Assembly: GCA_024720975.1 (NCBI GenBank)
Contig: JANJXX010000011.1
Span: forward strand, 1 to 27,177
Reading direction: 5' to 3'
DNA from: Thermoproteota archaeon
GTDB taxonomy: Archaea; Asgardarchaeota; Njordarchaeia; Njordarchaeales; Panguiarchaeaceae
DNA length: 27,177 bases
Position numbers and translations under genes: made by a program. Below are positions 26,487 through 27,177 of the stretch, piece by piece. Under the pieces are notes generated by a model that was not told the origin of the DNA, did not search any database, and worked only from the letters and a program-made list of their open reading frames with translations. Within the stretch, counting starts at the first letter, position 1, and every line of letters starts with the position of its first letter.

Positions 26487-26759
26487 CTAACCCCCTGATA
26501 CGAATGGTAAGAGCGAGCAGATGTCCCCATCGTTTAGTTCAAAATCTAAGTTTTCTCCAATGGATTTTCCATTAACCAAAATTATGATGTCCTCTGCTAA
26601 CTTATTGTCTGGTAGTATCATCTTCTTAAATTTGTCTCCGTAGATTTCGCAAAGTCTTTCGAGAAGCTCTTTTATGGTTTTTCCATTGACGTTTACGGTC
26701 TCTTCTAGCTTTTCTGTTACGCTCCTTACTTTTCCAAGATACCTAACCTTGACCTGCAT
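26487..26759 (-). CDS. Ubiquitin-like beta-grasp protein, MoaD/SAMP1/Urm1 type
   Basis: 90 aa; VKVRY.G..R, TIKELL..L...Y, IIILVNG, L.DGD....LP.VSGG with terminal diglycine; SD AGGAAGGT. Confidence 0.93.
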   Translation of the reverse strand: MQVKVRYLGKVRSVTEKLEETVNVNGKTIKELLERLCEIYGDKFKKMILPDNKLAEDIIILVNGKSIGENLDFELNDGDICSLLPFVSGG

Positions 26760-26826
26760 CTTACCTTCCTTTTTTTAATGGATTTTTGCTAAGACATATA
26801 GCATTTCCATATATATGGTGCTTTCA

Positions 26827-27177
26827 ATGGATGAACTAATTTACTACATAATTTCAGCAATTGGAGGCACAGTAGCAGGACTAATATACTACTTGGGAAG
26901 AAAGACAAAGGATCCAGTAGCAGCCAAAGTCATCAGCATATTAACTGAACAATTCCTGGATGAGAAAATGTTTACAATAGAACGAGTAAGCGAGTTATCA
27001 GGCTTACCAAGGGAAGTCGTTGAAAGAGTTATTGTAGACCTTGAAAAGACCGGTGCAGTTATGCGAACAGGTAAGGGCTACTCTCTGGTAGATCCTCTAG
27101 TCTTTCTAACTCCAAGAGATTATAGCAGGGCTTTAAGGTTAACTAAATCTGACAATATAATATACGGCGGGTACCAA
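26827..27177 (+). CDS. Membrane-anchored winged-helix protein (3' partial)
   Basis: Not in the ORF track. Open to the window end: MDELIYYIISAIGGTVAGLIYYLGRKTKDPVAAKVISILTEQFLDEKMFTIERVSELSGLPREVVERVIVDLEKTGAVMRTGKGYSLVDPL...; N-terminal TM then HTH-wing pattern; GGTG upstream (alternative ATG 26815). Confidence 0.75.
   Translation, partial: MDELIYYIISAIGGTVAGLIYYLGRKTKDPVAAKVISILTEQFLDEKMFTIERVSELSGLPREVVERVIVDLEKTGAVMRTGKGYSLVDPLVFLTPRDYSRALRLTKSDNIIYGGYQ

Noticed and set aside
1-27177. Stop-codon reassignment (Sec, Pyl or alternative code)
   Set aside because: TAG, TGA and TAA all end conserved genes at expected positions (10, 10 and 7 by my count), and no conserved gene is interrupted.

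Overview
Gene-dense archaeal chromosomal segment in the standard genetic code, with GGTG/GAGG Shine-Dalgarno motifs and many TTG/GTG starts. Ribosomal protein S30e, a divergent EF-2-family tail and a CxxC...HxxH zinc-ribbon/wHTH protein suggest a TACK/Asgard-affiliated archaeon; this is inference. Gene order: EF-2-family 3' end, rpS30e, stand-alone Lrp/AsnC domain, short A24 prepilin peptidase, a same-strand RNA-metabolism run (hypothetical, METTL5-like, RlmD/TrmA-like, TatD, metal-site-dead MBL-fold protein, PheT), a 931-aa FG-GAP/Ca-repeat surface protein, Cdc48, DUF355, AmrS-like radical SAM, DNA ligase, cupin, HAD, M24 peptidase, Hsp20, GlyRS, zinc-ribbon hypothetical, pyrE, speE-pyrF, a minus-strand trio (ubiquitin-like SAMP/MoaD, unknown protein, AsnB-like enzyme), and a partial membrane-anchored wHTH gene. 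I saw no rRNA, tRNA, CRISPR or mobile element. The best candidate for an undescribed system is the Ubl/unknown/AsnB-like trio, whose AsnB-like enzyme has Thr in place of the catalytic Cys. Next are the integrin-alpha-like surface protein, the MBL pseudoenzyme, and palindromes over the predicted cdc48 and hsp20 transcription starts. All calls come from motif recognition by eye; no searches were run.
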